A DNA stretch of 64,000 nucleotides from contig JAYONY010000003.1 in assembly GCA_038121585.1 (NCBI GenBank), positions 25,866 through 89,865 on the forward strand, read 5' to 3'. Positions 9,875-22,767 of this stretch are shown here, one piece after another (position 1 is the first letter of the stretch; each line of letters starts with the position of its first letter). Made by a program: the position numbers and the translations under genes. The stretch comes from an archaeon (lineage in GTDB: Archaea; Nanobdellota; Nanobdellia; Pacearchaeales; GW2011-AR1). Below the pieces are notes generated by a model, which worked only from the letters and a program-made list of their open reading frames with translations, was not told the origin of the DNA and made no database searches.

Positions 9875-10816
9875 ATGGCAACAAAAACACCTGAAGAGAA
9901 AGAACTCGCTAAAGCAGAGAAAGACTTAGCTAAGGCAGTCGATGATGTAGAAGAAGCTGAAGAAGACCTTAAAGAAATTAAAAAAGACTTAGAGAAAGAC
10001 ACTACTAAGACTAAAGCAGCGACTAAAAAGAAGACTACCACTAAGAAAACAACAAAGAAAAGTTCTGAATCAAAAGAAGAAGCACCTTCTAAAGAAGACA
10101 AATTAGCAGCACTTAAAGCTAAAGCAGCAGCACTCGCTGGTAAAGTAGACGATGCTGAAGAAATTGAATCTAAGAAACTTAAGGAAAGTGTTAAAGGAGA
10201 AAAAATTGAGGAAGGAGATACACTCGTACCAATTGAAGACTATCTTAAAGCAAGCATTCATTTAGGAACACGAGTTATTACACCACACATGCGACAGTTC
10301 GTATACCGACGACGAGCTGACGGACTCGCAGTTTTTAACACTGCAATGTTTGATGATAAGATTAAGGAAGGAGCAAAGTACTTATCACAATTTGCACCAG
10401 AACAGATTATTGTTGCATGTAAGCGAGAAGCTGGTTGGAAAGCAGTGAAGAAATTCGCAAACACATTCGGGATTAAAACCTACACTAAGAAATATCCTGC
10501 AGGTGCAATCACTAACCCTAACCTTGACGTGTTCGTTGAACCAGACTGTATCATGATCACTGACCCGTGGATTGACAAGAACATACTCAAAGATGCGAAC
10601 CGTGTAAAAATCAAAGTAGCAAGTATTTGTGATACAAACAACTATACATTCGGTATTGACCAGATAATTCCAGGAAACAATAAAAGTTACAAAAGTATCG
10701 GTATGATTTATTACCTCTTAACAAAGCTTTATGCTGAATACCGCAATATTGAAATTGAGGAACCAAAGATTGAAGATTATGTCGAAGGCTGGGCAACACT
10801 CCAACCACCGAAGTAA
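9875..10816 (+). CDS. rps2: 30S ribosomal protein uS2 with long charged N-terminal extension
   Basis: YLKASIHLGT, YRRRADGL, ICDTNN, IPGNNK. Confidence 0.95.
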   Translation: MATKTPEEKELAKAEKDLAKAVDDVEEAEEDLKEIKKDLEKDTTKTKAATKKKTTTKKTTKKSSESKEEAPSKEDKLAALKAKAAALAGKVDDAEEIESKKLKESVKGEKIEEGDTLVPIEDYLKASIHLGTRVITPHMRQFVYRRRADGLAVFNTAMFDDKIKEGAKYLSQFAPEQIIVACKREAGWKAVKKFANTFGIKTYTKKYPAGAITNPNLDVFVEPDCIMITDPWIDKNILKDANRVKIKVASICDTNNYTFGIDQIIPGNNKSYKSIGMIYYLLTKLYAEYRNIEIEEPKIEDYVEGWATLQPPK

Positions 10817-11277
10817 TTCTATCGAAGATATTTCAATTCATAAAGGCCTCGTTTCTTTTTTAATAACCCGCCATTACATCAACTGAATAGCTAGAAAATT
10901 GAAATTGCTAGACTAAAGATTCATTTGTCGAGGAAAGCTTTATATACTCTCAATAATGCGAACACAGTATCACGATGGTAACTTTTATGAGTACCTTAAT
11001 GCTAGACAACGGTAATCGTGCCGTTTAAGTTAGGGTATGATGTATGCGAGCGAACGAGTTGTAATGGCTCAAAGATCATGTTGATTTTTGAGCATGAGTA
11101 CAAAACTCTTTCCAATAATATTCTTTTAATTCAGTCAGGAAAAAACTCTGGAGGAGAGTGAGAAAAACATTTCTCTTCATGATAATCTGCATCATTTTAT
11201 TCACAACAAAAATGATGCCAAACAGAGATTCTTTCGAATCTCTAATTGAAAATTTCATCGAGAAAAAATTTTCAACA

Positions 11278-12725
11278 AATCCAGTTGATCCTGCTGGAGA
11301 TTGCGGCTATTTGGTTTGCAATTAGGCATGCAAGTTTTTTTGTTTTCTTCGGAGAGTGAAAAGCGAACTGCTCAGTAACACGTAGTTAATCTACCCTTAC
11401 GCCTGCGATACCCACGGGAAACTGTGGTTAATAGCGGATAGATGATAGATACTGGAATGTTCTTTCATTCAAAGTTTGCGTAAGGATGAGACTGCGGTGG
11501 ATTAGGTTGTTGGCGGGGTAATGGCCCACCAAGCCGATGATCCATAAGGGCTTTTAGCGAAGGAGCCCTGAGAGGGAATCTGAGACACTATTCCCAGCCC
11601 TACGGGGTGCAGCAGCTAGGAAACTTCTACAATGCACGAAAGTGTGATAGAGCAAGCCAAAGTGATCTCCTCTATTTGGAGATCTTTTGTGGGATGTAAA
11701 AAGTCCCACGAATAAGGACCGGGCAAGACTGGTGCCAGCCGCCGCGGTAATACCAGCGGTCCAAGTCGCAATCACTTTTATTGGGTCTAAAACATCCGTA
11801 GCTTGTGTGGTCAGTCTCTTGTGAAATCCTATGTCTCAAGCATAGAACTGCGAGAGATACTGCCATGCTAGAGACCGGGAGGGGTAAGGAGTACGATTAG
11901 AGTAGCGGTTAAATGCGTTGATCCTTTTCGGACTATCAATAGCGAAGGCACCTTACCAGAACGGATCTGACAGTCAGGGATGAAGGCTAGGGGCGCAAAA
12001 CGGATTAGATACCCGTGTAGTCCTAGCAGTAAACACTGCACACTAAACATCGGGGCCTCTTCGAGAGGTTTCGGTGCTGTAGGGAAGCCGTAGAGTGTGC
12101 TACCTGGGAAGTATAGTCGCAAGGCCGAAACTTAAAGGAATAGGCGGGGGAGTACTACAACGAGTGACGCGTGCGGTTTAATTAGATTCCACACCGTGAA
12201 CCTCACCAGGACCGACAGCAGAATGAAGGTCAGTCTAAAGGGCTTACCTGACACGCTGAGAGGAGATGCATGGCCGACGTCAGCCTGTGTTGTGAGATGA
12301 CCTGTTAAATCAGGTAACAGGCGAGACCCGCGTGTATATTTACTATGTGTACAATATACAGACTGCCTTGGTAACAAGGAGGAAGGTGCGGGCTACGTTA
12401 GGTGAGTACGTCCCGAATGCCCTGGGCTACACGCGCGCGGCAATGCTACATTCAAAGGGCTGCGACACCGAAAGGTGAAGCTAATCTCATAATCTGTAGC
12501 TTAGTTCAGATTGAGGGTTGCAACTCACCCTCATGACGCTGGAATTCGTAGTAATCGGGTGTTATCAGCGCCCGGTGAATATGTCAATGCTCCTTGCACT
12601 CACCGCCCGTCAAACCAACCGAGTTTTGCATTGGTGAGGTTCGTCAGAAACGAGCCTTTGTAAGACAAGGTAGGTTAAGTCGTCACAAGGTATCCGTAGG
12701 GGAACCTGCGGATGGATCACCTCCT
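11278..12725 (+). rRNA. rrs: 16S rRNA (archaeal)
   Basis: AATCCAGTTGATCCTGC start, GTGCCAGCCGCCGCGGTAA, ATTAGATACCC, GGATCACCTCCT end; flanking stem 11041-11054 / 12778-12791. Confidence 0.98.
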
Positions 12726-12889
12726 AATATATACCAACATGACTGAACGAGAATACGACGGAACTTACAGTAATGAATTCGTTCGCATACAGTTACCATC
12801 TTTGATATTCACCAGTACATTTCGGTGTTACTGTCTTAGAACTTCATGACCGAAGTTTTAAAAAGCACTGAGACGCAAAGGTCACTATA

Positions 12890-12960
12890 GGGCCCGTAGT
12901 CTAGTGGTAAAATACCTCGTTTGCACCGAGGAGTCCCGTGTTCGATTCACGGCGGGTCCA
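12890..12960 (+). tRNA. tRNA-Ala(TGC)
   Basis: Cloverleaf, anticodon TGC, G3:U70 pair, no encoded CCA. Confidence 0.96.
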
Positions 12961-13303
12961 CTCACTATGAGTTGACTTCTGCGCAATCGGACAATCACCA
13001 ATCATATTCACTCACGTGAAGTTCTGGGAAGAACGCAAACATCCACAAGCTTGGCGAGCGACCCAAAATCGTTTGTCATGCAGAGAAATCAACCTAACGG
13101 TTTACCCCGGTAGGCGACAAGGACGTGCTGTGCTCCGCACAGAACAAAACACGAACTTGCTTGATATTCAATGACGCGCGTAGGCAACCACAAGACACTT
13201 TTGAAACACACAGCAATGTGTGTCTAGAAAGTAAACACTTAGCGACGCGCACTTATGTGCGCTGAGTAGAGTAAAGAATGAACAAAAAGCTTATTTTTTG
13301 ATC

Positions 13304-16128
<2,825 letters not shown>

Positions 16129-16236
16129 GAAAATAAGGTTTAGTTCAGTGGTTGCCTACGCGTGTTTTGATTTCTGAAATATTCTTATTCGACGATTAAA
16201 TTTAAAATAGGGTAATGAATTTGAAAGGAAATTACT

Positions 16237-16599
16237 ATGAAAAAAACAATTCGTTATTCACTAACCGATCTTAGTCAGCAAAAAGAACTTATGCAAACGC
16301 TTGCACGAGTCCGTACCTCCATCATACACGATTTTGGATATGCCTTAAAGACTAGACGGATTGATAGTGCAACTAAAAAAGATGCGTTTGAAGAAATAGG
16401 AATTATTACTCAAAGGGATGAATTCAAAGATGCCCTTGATAGAAAAATAGTCTATGTTACTGAAGAATATGAGCCCCCACTATTTGAGGGAAGTCTAACC
16501 CCTATCTTTCATAAAGGAGCATATACCATTGAAGGTGAGCCAAAAAACCGAAGCCTTCCTAGCTTTATTGAAGAGGAACTTAGGCCCTATCTTTGTTAG
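16237..16599 (+). CDS. Hypothetical protein
   Basis: 120-aa ORF after TATA-like TTTAAAA. Confidence 0.6.
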   Translation: MKKTIRYSLTDLSQQKELMQTLARVRTSIIHDFGYALKTRRIDSATKKDAFEEIGIITQRDEFKDALDRKIVYVTEEYEPPLFEGSLTPIFHKGAYTIEGEPKNRSLPSFIEEELRPYLC

Positions 16600-16731
16600 T
16601 TGTTACTTACTATGGAGTGGTATCAATAGTAAGCTTTAAATAGCGCCCATTATTGCCACCATCATGAAGAATAGAATAAACTATAGCACCCATGACAAAC
16701 GTCAAAAAGAAGATTTAGTAGAGGGTACACA

Positions 16732-17097
16732 ATGAAAATAATCGTAAAAGAAAAAGAAAAAAGTTTTGAAGGCAAGATTATAGAAGGAAAAGCAAGTCCT
16801 TTCGGTAATAGCGCGCACATTCCAATAAGCAAAGAACACGTTGGGAAAATCCTTAATGTAATCATACCAGAAAACACTAAGTATTGCTGGTTACTCTCAA
16901 CCAAAGAAATTAATGAATTCTTACAATACGCTAAAAAACACGTTATGCAAAGCGAAGGCAGACTAGCACATCATAAAAAAGCATTATTAACAGAACTAGC
17001 AGAAGACACGTTCAGTATTGAAACATTAGAAAAAGTATTATCGTACTTACCAAGTAATGATTTAACACGTAAAATCAAGAGTAAGTACAATCTATAA
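16732..17097 (+). CDS. DUF2080-like (AbrB-type) putative DNA-binding protein
   Basis: PFGNSAHIPISKEHVGK motif. Confidence 0.65.
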   Translation: MKIIVKEKEKSFEGKIIEGKASPFGNSAHIPISKEHVGKILNVIIPENTKYCWLLSTKEINEFLQYAKKHVMQSEGRLAHHKKALLTELAEDTFSIETLEKVLSYLPSNDLTRKIKSKYNL

Positions 17098-17174
17098 TAA
17101 TAGAATATTAATACTCTTACTACTTCTCAAAAGCGTATCCTATACTGAACGCACGGCTAGAAACAATTGAAACA

Positions 17175-17471
17175 ATGATTGAAGAAAACGGATTTTCAAA
17201 AGAAACATCCACTTCGGGATCGCTCGAAATCCCCTTATCAGATGGGACCTCAGCAATTACTAGAACTGGAAATCATTTGTACACCAATACAACAAGTGGT
17301 GAAAAAGTATTTCTCCGAACTGAAGACCACGACCCCTACCTCCTCGCGGTATTCCCTACCGCTCAGAAAGTTTATCAAAGCGGAAGTATTCACTTACTAG
17401 ATTCAAAAGCAGATAAAGAACCAGCGATTATGCAAGCAATACGTAATACATTACGACCCTATGCCTATTAA
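17175..17471 (+). CDS. Hypothetical protein
   Basis: 98-aa ORF, TATA-like box upstream. Confidence 0.5.
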   Translation: MIEENGFSKETSTSGSLEIPLSDGTSAITRTGNHLYTNTTSGEKVFLRTEDHDPYLLAVFPTAQKVYQSGSIHLLDSKADKEPAIMQAIRNTLRPYAY

Positions 17472-17477
17472 TCATTG

Positions 17478-17909
17478 TTAGGAATCATCAAAAGTTTCCC
17501 CAGCACTCTTGCCAGCATTCTTAAAGAACTTAATAAAGTAAAACACGATATACCCCCCAGAGAGCAGACCAATCAAAATCTGAAAGAGGGTAGTGTATGG
17601 CCCCTCAAAACGATATTTGAAACTAGATATTACACTAGCAATCACAATCATGCCAATAATGAGCCCTAGATACGGCCGTGTTTTAATGAAACCCTTCAAC
17701 CAAACTAAAAACGTGCCAGCAAGCACTCCAATGATAAGGGCGAAAAGAACTGATGTGAACCCAAACGAGTATTGATTAGGCTCTCCAGGGCCTGCCTGTG
17801 AGGCACTAGCAGCACTCAGCATCACGAAAAAAGTAATTGCCACAATAAAGAATACTGCACCAACAAAAATGGCTTCACGATATCGTTCAAACCAACCATC
17901 TCCTTCCAT
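17478..17909 (-). CDS. Hypothetical membrane protein (about 4 TM)
   Basis: Hydrophobic segments. Confidence 0.75.
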   Translation of the reverse strand: MEGDGWFERYREAIFVGAVFFIVAITFFVMLSAASASQAGPGEPNQYSFGFTSVLFALIIGVLAGTFLVWLKGFIKTRPYLGLIIGMIVIASVISSFKYRFEGPYTTLFQILIGLLSGGYIVFYFIKFFKNAGKSAGETFDDS

Positions 17910-17992
17910 TTTTATTGTGAGCCTACGCGATTTATATAGATTTGTAAAAGACCATATGCAAACACTTAAAAGGGGTTTCTAAGTTGTTTTTG

Positions 17993-18379
17993 TGTGAGTC
18001 GGTTAGCTAACTGTCGAAATGTAGCTTTTGAATAAGCAGTTGTTTGAATGAACGACACATTTTGAGGAAGGTCCGGACATCCCTTACAATGTAAGGAGCG
18101 TGGCGAGGTATGAAAGTACCCTGTCGTGAGGCAGAGCTCTAAGATAGAAACGACACAGCCTCCATTGAGCTATGAACTGTGAAGGAAGTGCAGACATGGA
18201 GGATTTGATGGAACGCCGCTGGGGATACCCTCGGTGCTCTTAGAAACCACCCGGTTTTTATGAGTAAGTATCTTCGCCGATGCAAGAGTCTTTGGCGCTC
18301 GCATAGACGGATGTTAGCACGCACGGTTTGCGAATAAAGGCGCAACGTACGACACAATCTGGCCTACGACCGACTCACA
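17993..18379 (+). ncRNA. rnpB: RNase P RNA
   Basis: P1 TGTGAGTCGGT / ACCGACTCACA, P2 GCTAAC / GTTAGC, CR-I GAGGAAGGTCCGGA, CR-V ACACAATCTGGCCTA forming P4 with bulged U. Confidence 0.9.
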
Positions 18380-18795
18380 TTTCTATTCATAAAATCTGTA
18401 ATAAGCCATATTCCATTCGCCATCGATTTGTAGGGTTTTGCTTCAACATTAGGACTGCCGAGAATCATGCGTGACACTTGCGTACCTTCTTTTTCTCGAT
18501 AGAGCGCAAGAACAGGCCTATCAAGCCCTGATGTGAACTTACCAATTTCATACCCTACCCCTAAACTTGGATTTGTTATTTCAGTAACAAGCACATTTGA
18601 TTTGAGCAGATCATCAAGATTTCTGTCATGCACTTCTTCGCTGGTTACACCCACCTCCCCTAGTGCTGAGAGATTTTTGTCACCCACATGTTCTGGACGC
18701 ACGTCACCAAATTGTTTTAGATGATTGATGAATGTGCTGTATGTTTCAACATCATCCCGACCTCCTGTAATAGAACCTGCAAAATAAATTTTCAT
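18364..18795 (-). CDS. Nucleoside 2-deoxyribosyltransferase / DNPH1(Rcl)-like N-glycosidase
   Basis: KIYFAGSITGGR, EITNPSLGVGYEIG, SRMILG. Confidence 0.88.
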   Translation of the reverse strand: MKIYFAGSITGGRDDVETYSTFINHLKQFGDVRPEHVGDKNLSALGEVGVTSEEVHDRNLDDLLKSNVLVTEITNPSLGVGYEIGKFTSGLDRPVLALYREKEGTQVSRMILGSPNVEAKPYKSMANGIWLITDFMNRNVSRS

Positions 18796-18892
18796 TCTAC
18801 TACACTACCCTTTACAATATAAGAATATTATGCTACTGCAAACCCTTTACAGCAACGTTTAAAAGCATCTATCCTGTGAGTAATCCATACTC

Positions 18893-18964
18893 GGGAACGT
18901 AGCTCAGTGGGAGAGCACACGACTGAAGCTCGTGGTGTCGAGGGTTCGATTCCCTCCGTTCCCA
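18893..18964 (+). tRNA. tRNA-Phe(GAA)
   Basis: 72-nt cloverleaf, anticodon arm CACGA-CTGAAGC-TCGTG, G37. Confidence 0.95.
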
Positions 18965-18965
18965 T

Positions 18966-19127
18966 TGGGATCGAACCCTGGTTCGATTGGTGCAACTTCT
19001 GCAGATTGAAGTTGCAGCTCCCACAGCACATAGTGCTGAGTGGACCATCCGTTCCCATTTCGTCTGCCGACGGATTGAGGTCCGCAAGTCTTGCTGAGGA
19101 ACCTAAAGACTAGAGCAGATCGAAATG
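18966..19127 (+). ncRNA. Unidentified structured tRNA trailer / candidate ncRNA
   Basis: At least six nested stems and a duplicate of the tRNA 3' end. Confidence 0.45.
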
Positions 19128-19191
19128 AAAGCTTACATATTTAACCACACCTTTAAATTATCAAATACCATTGAGTATTTAGAGGTGCATA

Positions 19192-19587
19192 ATGGCTAAC
19201 AGCTGGATTTTAGGACTTGCAGGAACAGGATTTATTATCTCTGCGTATGCCTACTACGTCAGATATCGTGCAATGCGTTCAGTGCGTTACAAGGCATGGT
19301 GTGATGTAAATGAAAAAATTTCATGCACTGCAGCACTAACAAGCCCTCGTGGATCAATTATTGGAGTAAGTAATTCAATGCTAGGGATGATCCTATACGC
19401 ACTTATTTTTGCTAGTGCAATTAACAATATTATCGATATCGTATTCTATCTTTCACTCATTGCAACACTAGCATCGCTTTACTTAGCACATGTTCTCGTC
19501 AGAGAAATAAAACACTGGTGTATTATTTGTATTAGCACGTACTTCATTAATGCATTACTGTTGACAATTAGCTTTGTAGAGTTGTAA
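19192..19587 (+). CDS. Vitamin K epoxide reductase (VKOR) family protein
   Basis: CDVNEKISC..ALTS, CIIC active site, TM helices. Confidence 0.92.
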   Translation: MANSWILGLAGTGFIISAYAYYVRYRAMRSVRYKAWCDVNEKISCTAALTSPRGSIIGVSNSMLGMILYALIFASAINNIIDIVFYLSLIATLASLYLAHVLVREIKHWCIICISTYFINALLLTISFVEL

Positions 19588-19624
19588 GCGAAGCTTTTAT
19601 ATAACAGAATCTCTAAAAAGACCC

Positions 19625-19921
19625 ATGGTAGAAAAAAAGGTGAAACAATCAGAGACTCGTGCTAAGAAGGCTACTGAGTTTGACCACAATGGTTTTGGAA
19701 TTGTTGGCGTTATTATGGGCATTCTAAGCGTTCTTTCATTATCTATCGGTGGAACCGTAATGGGCGTTGTAGGACTCGTATTTAGTATGCAGCAGAAAAA
19801 GCGTGAAGCAAATTCATGGTCTAAAGCAGGGATTATCCTCAACTGGATCGGCATTATTCTAGGTATTGTTGCAACAACACTCATCATCTCATTTAGTGAG
19901 CAACTAGGAATTACAGGTTAA
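19625..19921 (+). CDS. DUF4190-like membrane protein
   Basis: GILS...GLVF...KAGIIL pattern. Confidence 0.65.
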   Translation: MVEKKVKQSETRAKKATEFDHNGFGIVGVIMGILSVLSLSIGGTVMGVVGLVFSMQQKKREANSWSKAGIILNWIGIILGIVATTLIISFSEQLGITG

Positions 19922-20478
19922 TGATACGCGTACGAAACAAACACGGAGCTTTTGAAATGTCAATGAGCACAGTTGTCGTAATTGTTATAGCAATGGCATT
20001 CTTAATTCTGGGACTTGTTCTTGTGCGAAATATCTTTACGGGCGCTACAGGAGCTACTGATTTGATTAACGATAATGTCCGTGCACAAATTGAAGAATTA
20101 TTCCTCTCAGATACGACTGCGAGAACAATTATCTTTGCACCTGATAATGAAGCAGACGTTCCACGAGGAGAAACTAAAGCGATGGATATCGCGATACGAA
20201 ATACTGCAACGTTAGAATCAGAAGAGAGCACGTTCTCCTATGAAATTCTCGTTGATAGTGTTGAGCGTGGTTGCCAGTTTACTGACTCAGCCGCTCAAAA
20301 CCTCATTACATTAGGCGAAGATGGAGAATTTCCAATCGCACCTGGACGAGTTGCTGAACGCAAAGTTAATATTCGTGTCCCAGACGACGCACCAACTTGT
20401 AAAGTATCATTTAACTTAATCGTACGAAAGGATGGTCAATCATACGATACAAACCAGTTCTACGTTAATATGCAGTAA
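19921..20478 (+). CDS. Type IV pilin-like protein (class III signal peptide)
   Basis: KHG|AFEMSMSTVVVIVIAMAFLILG. Confidence 0.75.
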   Translation: MIRVRNKHGAFEMSMSTVVVIVIAMAFLILGLVLVRNIFTGATGATDLINDNVRAQIEELFLSDTTARTIIFAPDNEADVPRGETKAMDIAIRNTATLESEESTFSYEILVDSVERGCQFTDSAAQNLITLGEDGEFPIAPGRVAERKVNIRVPDDAPTCKVSFNLIVRKDGQSYDTNQFYVNMQ

Positions 20479-20482
20479 GTAC

Positions 20483-21262
20483 TTAGTACAACCAGTCAAA
20501 GAATCGATTGGATAAAAATCCTGAACGGCTAGCACTTCCTGAAGATGAACCACTAGCTGCATTTCGTAAGGTGTACGCATCAGATGAAACATCTCGAAAA
20601 TCAAGATTGATTTCATTAAACCCTGCAGTACTTGATCGTCCGAAGTTATTATTTGCAACTCCACCCATATCAAAATAACCATAATTCACACTGTTAGATC
20701 CAGCACGATTAAAGGCGTACCCATTACAAATTTCTTCTGTGAAACGAACATCATTACGCTTACCTTTTACATCGTAGTGTACTTTTCGCGTCATACAAGG
20801 TGCTTGACTCTCACTATACACATTGTTTTGTGATACCGTGCCAAACTGACCGAAATCTCGCGTGTTAGAATTACTAAACCCAGCAACGTCATTAACATCT
20901 ACGCGACCAGTTTGTTGTTGAATATTTTGAAAATCACGATTAAAATCACGATTTTCACTGAAATCATTGTTTTGATTGAATGCTTGATTGAAATCGAACT
21001 CTTGTTCTTGCTGTAATCGAACAAAGGGTAATCGAGCCGTTGTTTCAGAGAAAATTGGTTGAATAGCAAATGAACCAGTAGGGCTATAATATGAATTACC
21101 TGATGTTACGTACGGCTGAAAATCATGTTGAAAGCTCGTTGCAGTATCATATCCCCTGCGGTCCTGTATGTAGTTACCATCGAATACTACTTGAGCACTT
21201 GCTGATGCAACTAAAAGAATACTGAGTACTGCAATAAGTGCAAACTTCATGTGTTTCATCAT
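20483..21262 (-). CDS. Secreted Asn/Gln/Phe-rich hypothetical protein
   Basis: Signal peptide ASA|Q, low-complexity body. Confidence 0.75.
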   Translation of the reverse strand: MMKHMKFALIAVLSILLVASASAQVVFDGNYIQDRRGYDTATSFQHDFQPYVTSGNSYYSPTGSFAIQPIFSETTARLPFVRLQQEQEFDFNQAFNQNNDFSENRDFNRDFQNIQQQTGRVDVNDVAGFSNSNTRDFGQFGTVSQNNVYSESQAPCMTRKVHYDVKGKRNDVRFTEEICNGYAFNRAGSNSVNYGYFDMGGVANNNFGRSSTAGFNEINLDFRDVSSDAYTLRNAASGSSSGSASRSGFLSNRFFDWLY

Positions 21263-21323
21263 AATTCCACGTCGATGAAACCCTATTTAAACTTTTCTAT
21301 TTTGTTATTACCCTTGAGTTACA

Positions 21324-22724
21324 CTAGTAAACTATTCTAGGACCATATCCCCACTTTTCAACCGCACGGGCTAACGCAGAATACGGCCGCATATCAACAT
21401 AATGCTTGAGGGGCACGCCTTTCATTACAGCATCACGAGCTTGCTCAACAGCCTCAACACCAGCAACAACACCGTCAGGATGGCCTAACAAACCTCCACC
21501 ACACTGCAAAATAATATCCTCACCAAGCTCATGCATCACAAACTCAAAATCACCAGGATGTAAGCCTCCAGAAGCAGTCATCCAAACAGGCTTAATATGC
21601 TCCCAATTCTGTCCGAGCGAAGGAATTTTTGTATCGGGCTTCGTTATTCTATCTTGCAATACATGCCGAATATATACGGCCTCCCCATAATCCTCCATTT
21701 TCGCTAAAGGCGAACCACCATGCAATGAATCGACACCAAGTAATCTAAAGAGCTTTGCTAAAAAAACCATTGAAATAGAAAACCCGTGCAAATCACCTTT
21801 CCCATGCACTCCCGGAGAATTATCCCGGGTAATGAATCCGTGCATCGCACGATGTGCGTGAATTGCAAGACCCAAGTCAGCTCGACGAACAGAATCAACA
21901 CCAGTAAACCCAGTTGTAACTACATCCATCATCATAAAAATACCTTCATTGTCCTTAATGCATTTTGCGCGATCAAACATTGTAGCAATATTTGAATGAG
22001 TGATATTTGCTAAGTAGAATTTTTTATTACCTGTGCGATGATGTGCTCGCTTAGCCTCATGCAAAATTTTTCTTGTTCTTGTTGTAAAATGATTAAATGA
22101 TAAGCTCGTCAAATTCTCATCATCCTTAATGCCATCATAGGTGCCATCACCTGCAGTAAACAACATCTCTGCAAGCGCTGCTTGTTCTGCATCTGAGCGA
22201 CCAATTTTTGGCTTTGGCACGGTAATGACTAACGGCCCTTTAGGTTTATTTAGCATCTTACGAATACCTGCAACCCCAAACTTAGGACCTACAAACGCAC
22301 GAACCATTTTAGGAGGGAATAGAACATCATACACGCGCATCGCAGCAACCATTTTCATACCTGCAATATTACCAACAATCCCTGCTAAAAGACCTGAAAT
22401 ATTATCCTTTTCAAATAATTCGAGCGGGTATGCAACTTTGAACATGTGATTCTTATAATCAAGGTCAAACGCTAAAGCCCTATACTTTGCAGCACGATTC
22501 ATACCCGAGCCAGGCCCGTCATATACGTTCGTCCACGTACCCGTTGACGATTCAGCAGCAACAGTAGCTGCAGCACTCTCAAATAATTTCTGTTTAGGAA
22601 TCTTATGTTTTTTAGCTTCCTTAAGCGCACTCTCACTTAATTGCACCTTCAGTAGCGTAATAATAAAATCGCTCTTACGAGGCCTCCACCCTTTTTTTGC
22701 AACATAGTCTAATTGAACAGCCAT
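21324..22724 (-). CDS. rbcL: RuBisCO large subunit, form III-type
   Basis: AAESSTGTW, GNIAGMK, PKPK, IKDDE, HAHRAMHG, LHGG..AKME, ASGGLHP, GGG; SD GAGGTGA before 22724. Confidence 0.93.
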   Translation of the reverse strand: MAVQLDYVAKKGWRPRKSDFIITLLKVQLSESALKEAKKHKIPKQKLFESAAATVAAESSTGTWTNVYDGPGSGMNRAAKYRALAFDLDYKNHMFKVAYPLELFEKDNISGLLAGIVGNIAGMKMVAAMRVYDVLFPPKMVRAFVGPKFGVAGIRKMLNKPKGPLVITVPKPKIGRSDAEQAALAEMLFTAGDGTYDGIKDDENLTSLSFNHFTTRTRKILHEAKRAHHRTGNKKFYLANITHSNIATMFDRAKCIKDNEGIFMMMDVVTTGFTGVDSVRRADLGLAIHAHRAMHGFITRDNSPGVHGKGDLHGFSISMVFLAKLFRLLGVDSLHGGSPLAKMEDYGEAVYIRHVLQDRITKPDTKIPSLGQNWEHIKPVWMTASGGLHPGDFEFVMHELGEDIILQCGGGLLGHPDGVVAGVEAVEQARDAVMKGVPLKHYVDMRPYSALARAVEKWGYGPRIVY

Positions 22725-22767
22725 TGTTTCACCTCTCGGAATAAAAGAACTCATTCCCTATTAAACA

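Noticed and set aside
9875..10200. Charged extensions of uS2, eL31 and RpoK as novel domains
   Set aside because: Low-complexity tails with no specific motif
11076..11258. 60-aa minus-strand ORF upstream of 16S
   Set aside because: Lies in the hairpin-rich pre-rRNA leader and has no protein motif
16732..17097. IS element suggested by the DUF2080-like gene
   Set aside because: No transposase, TnpB or terminal repeats nearby
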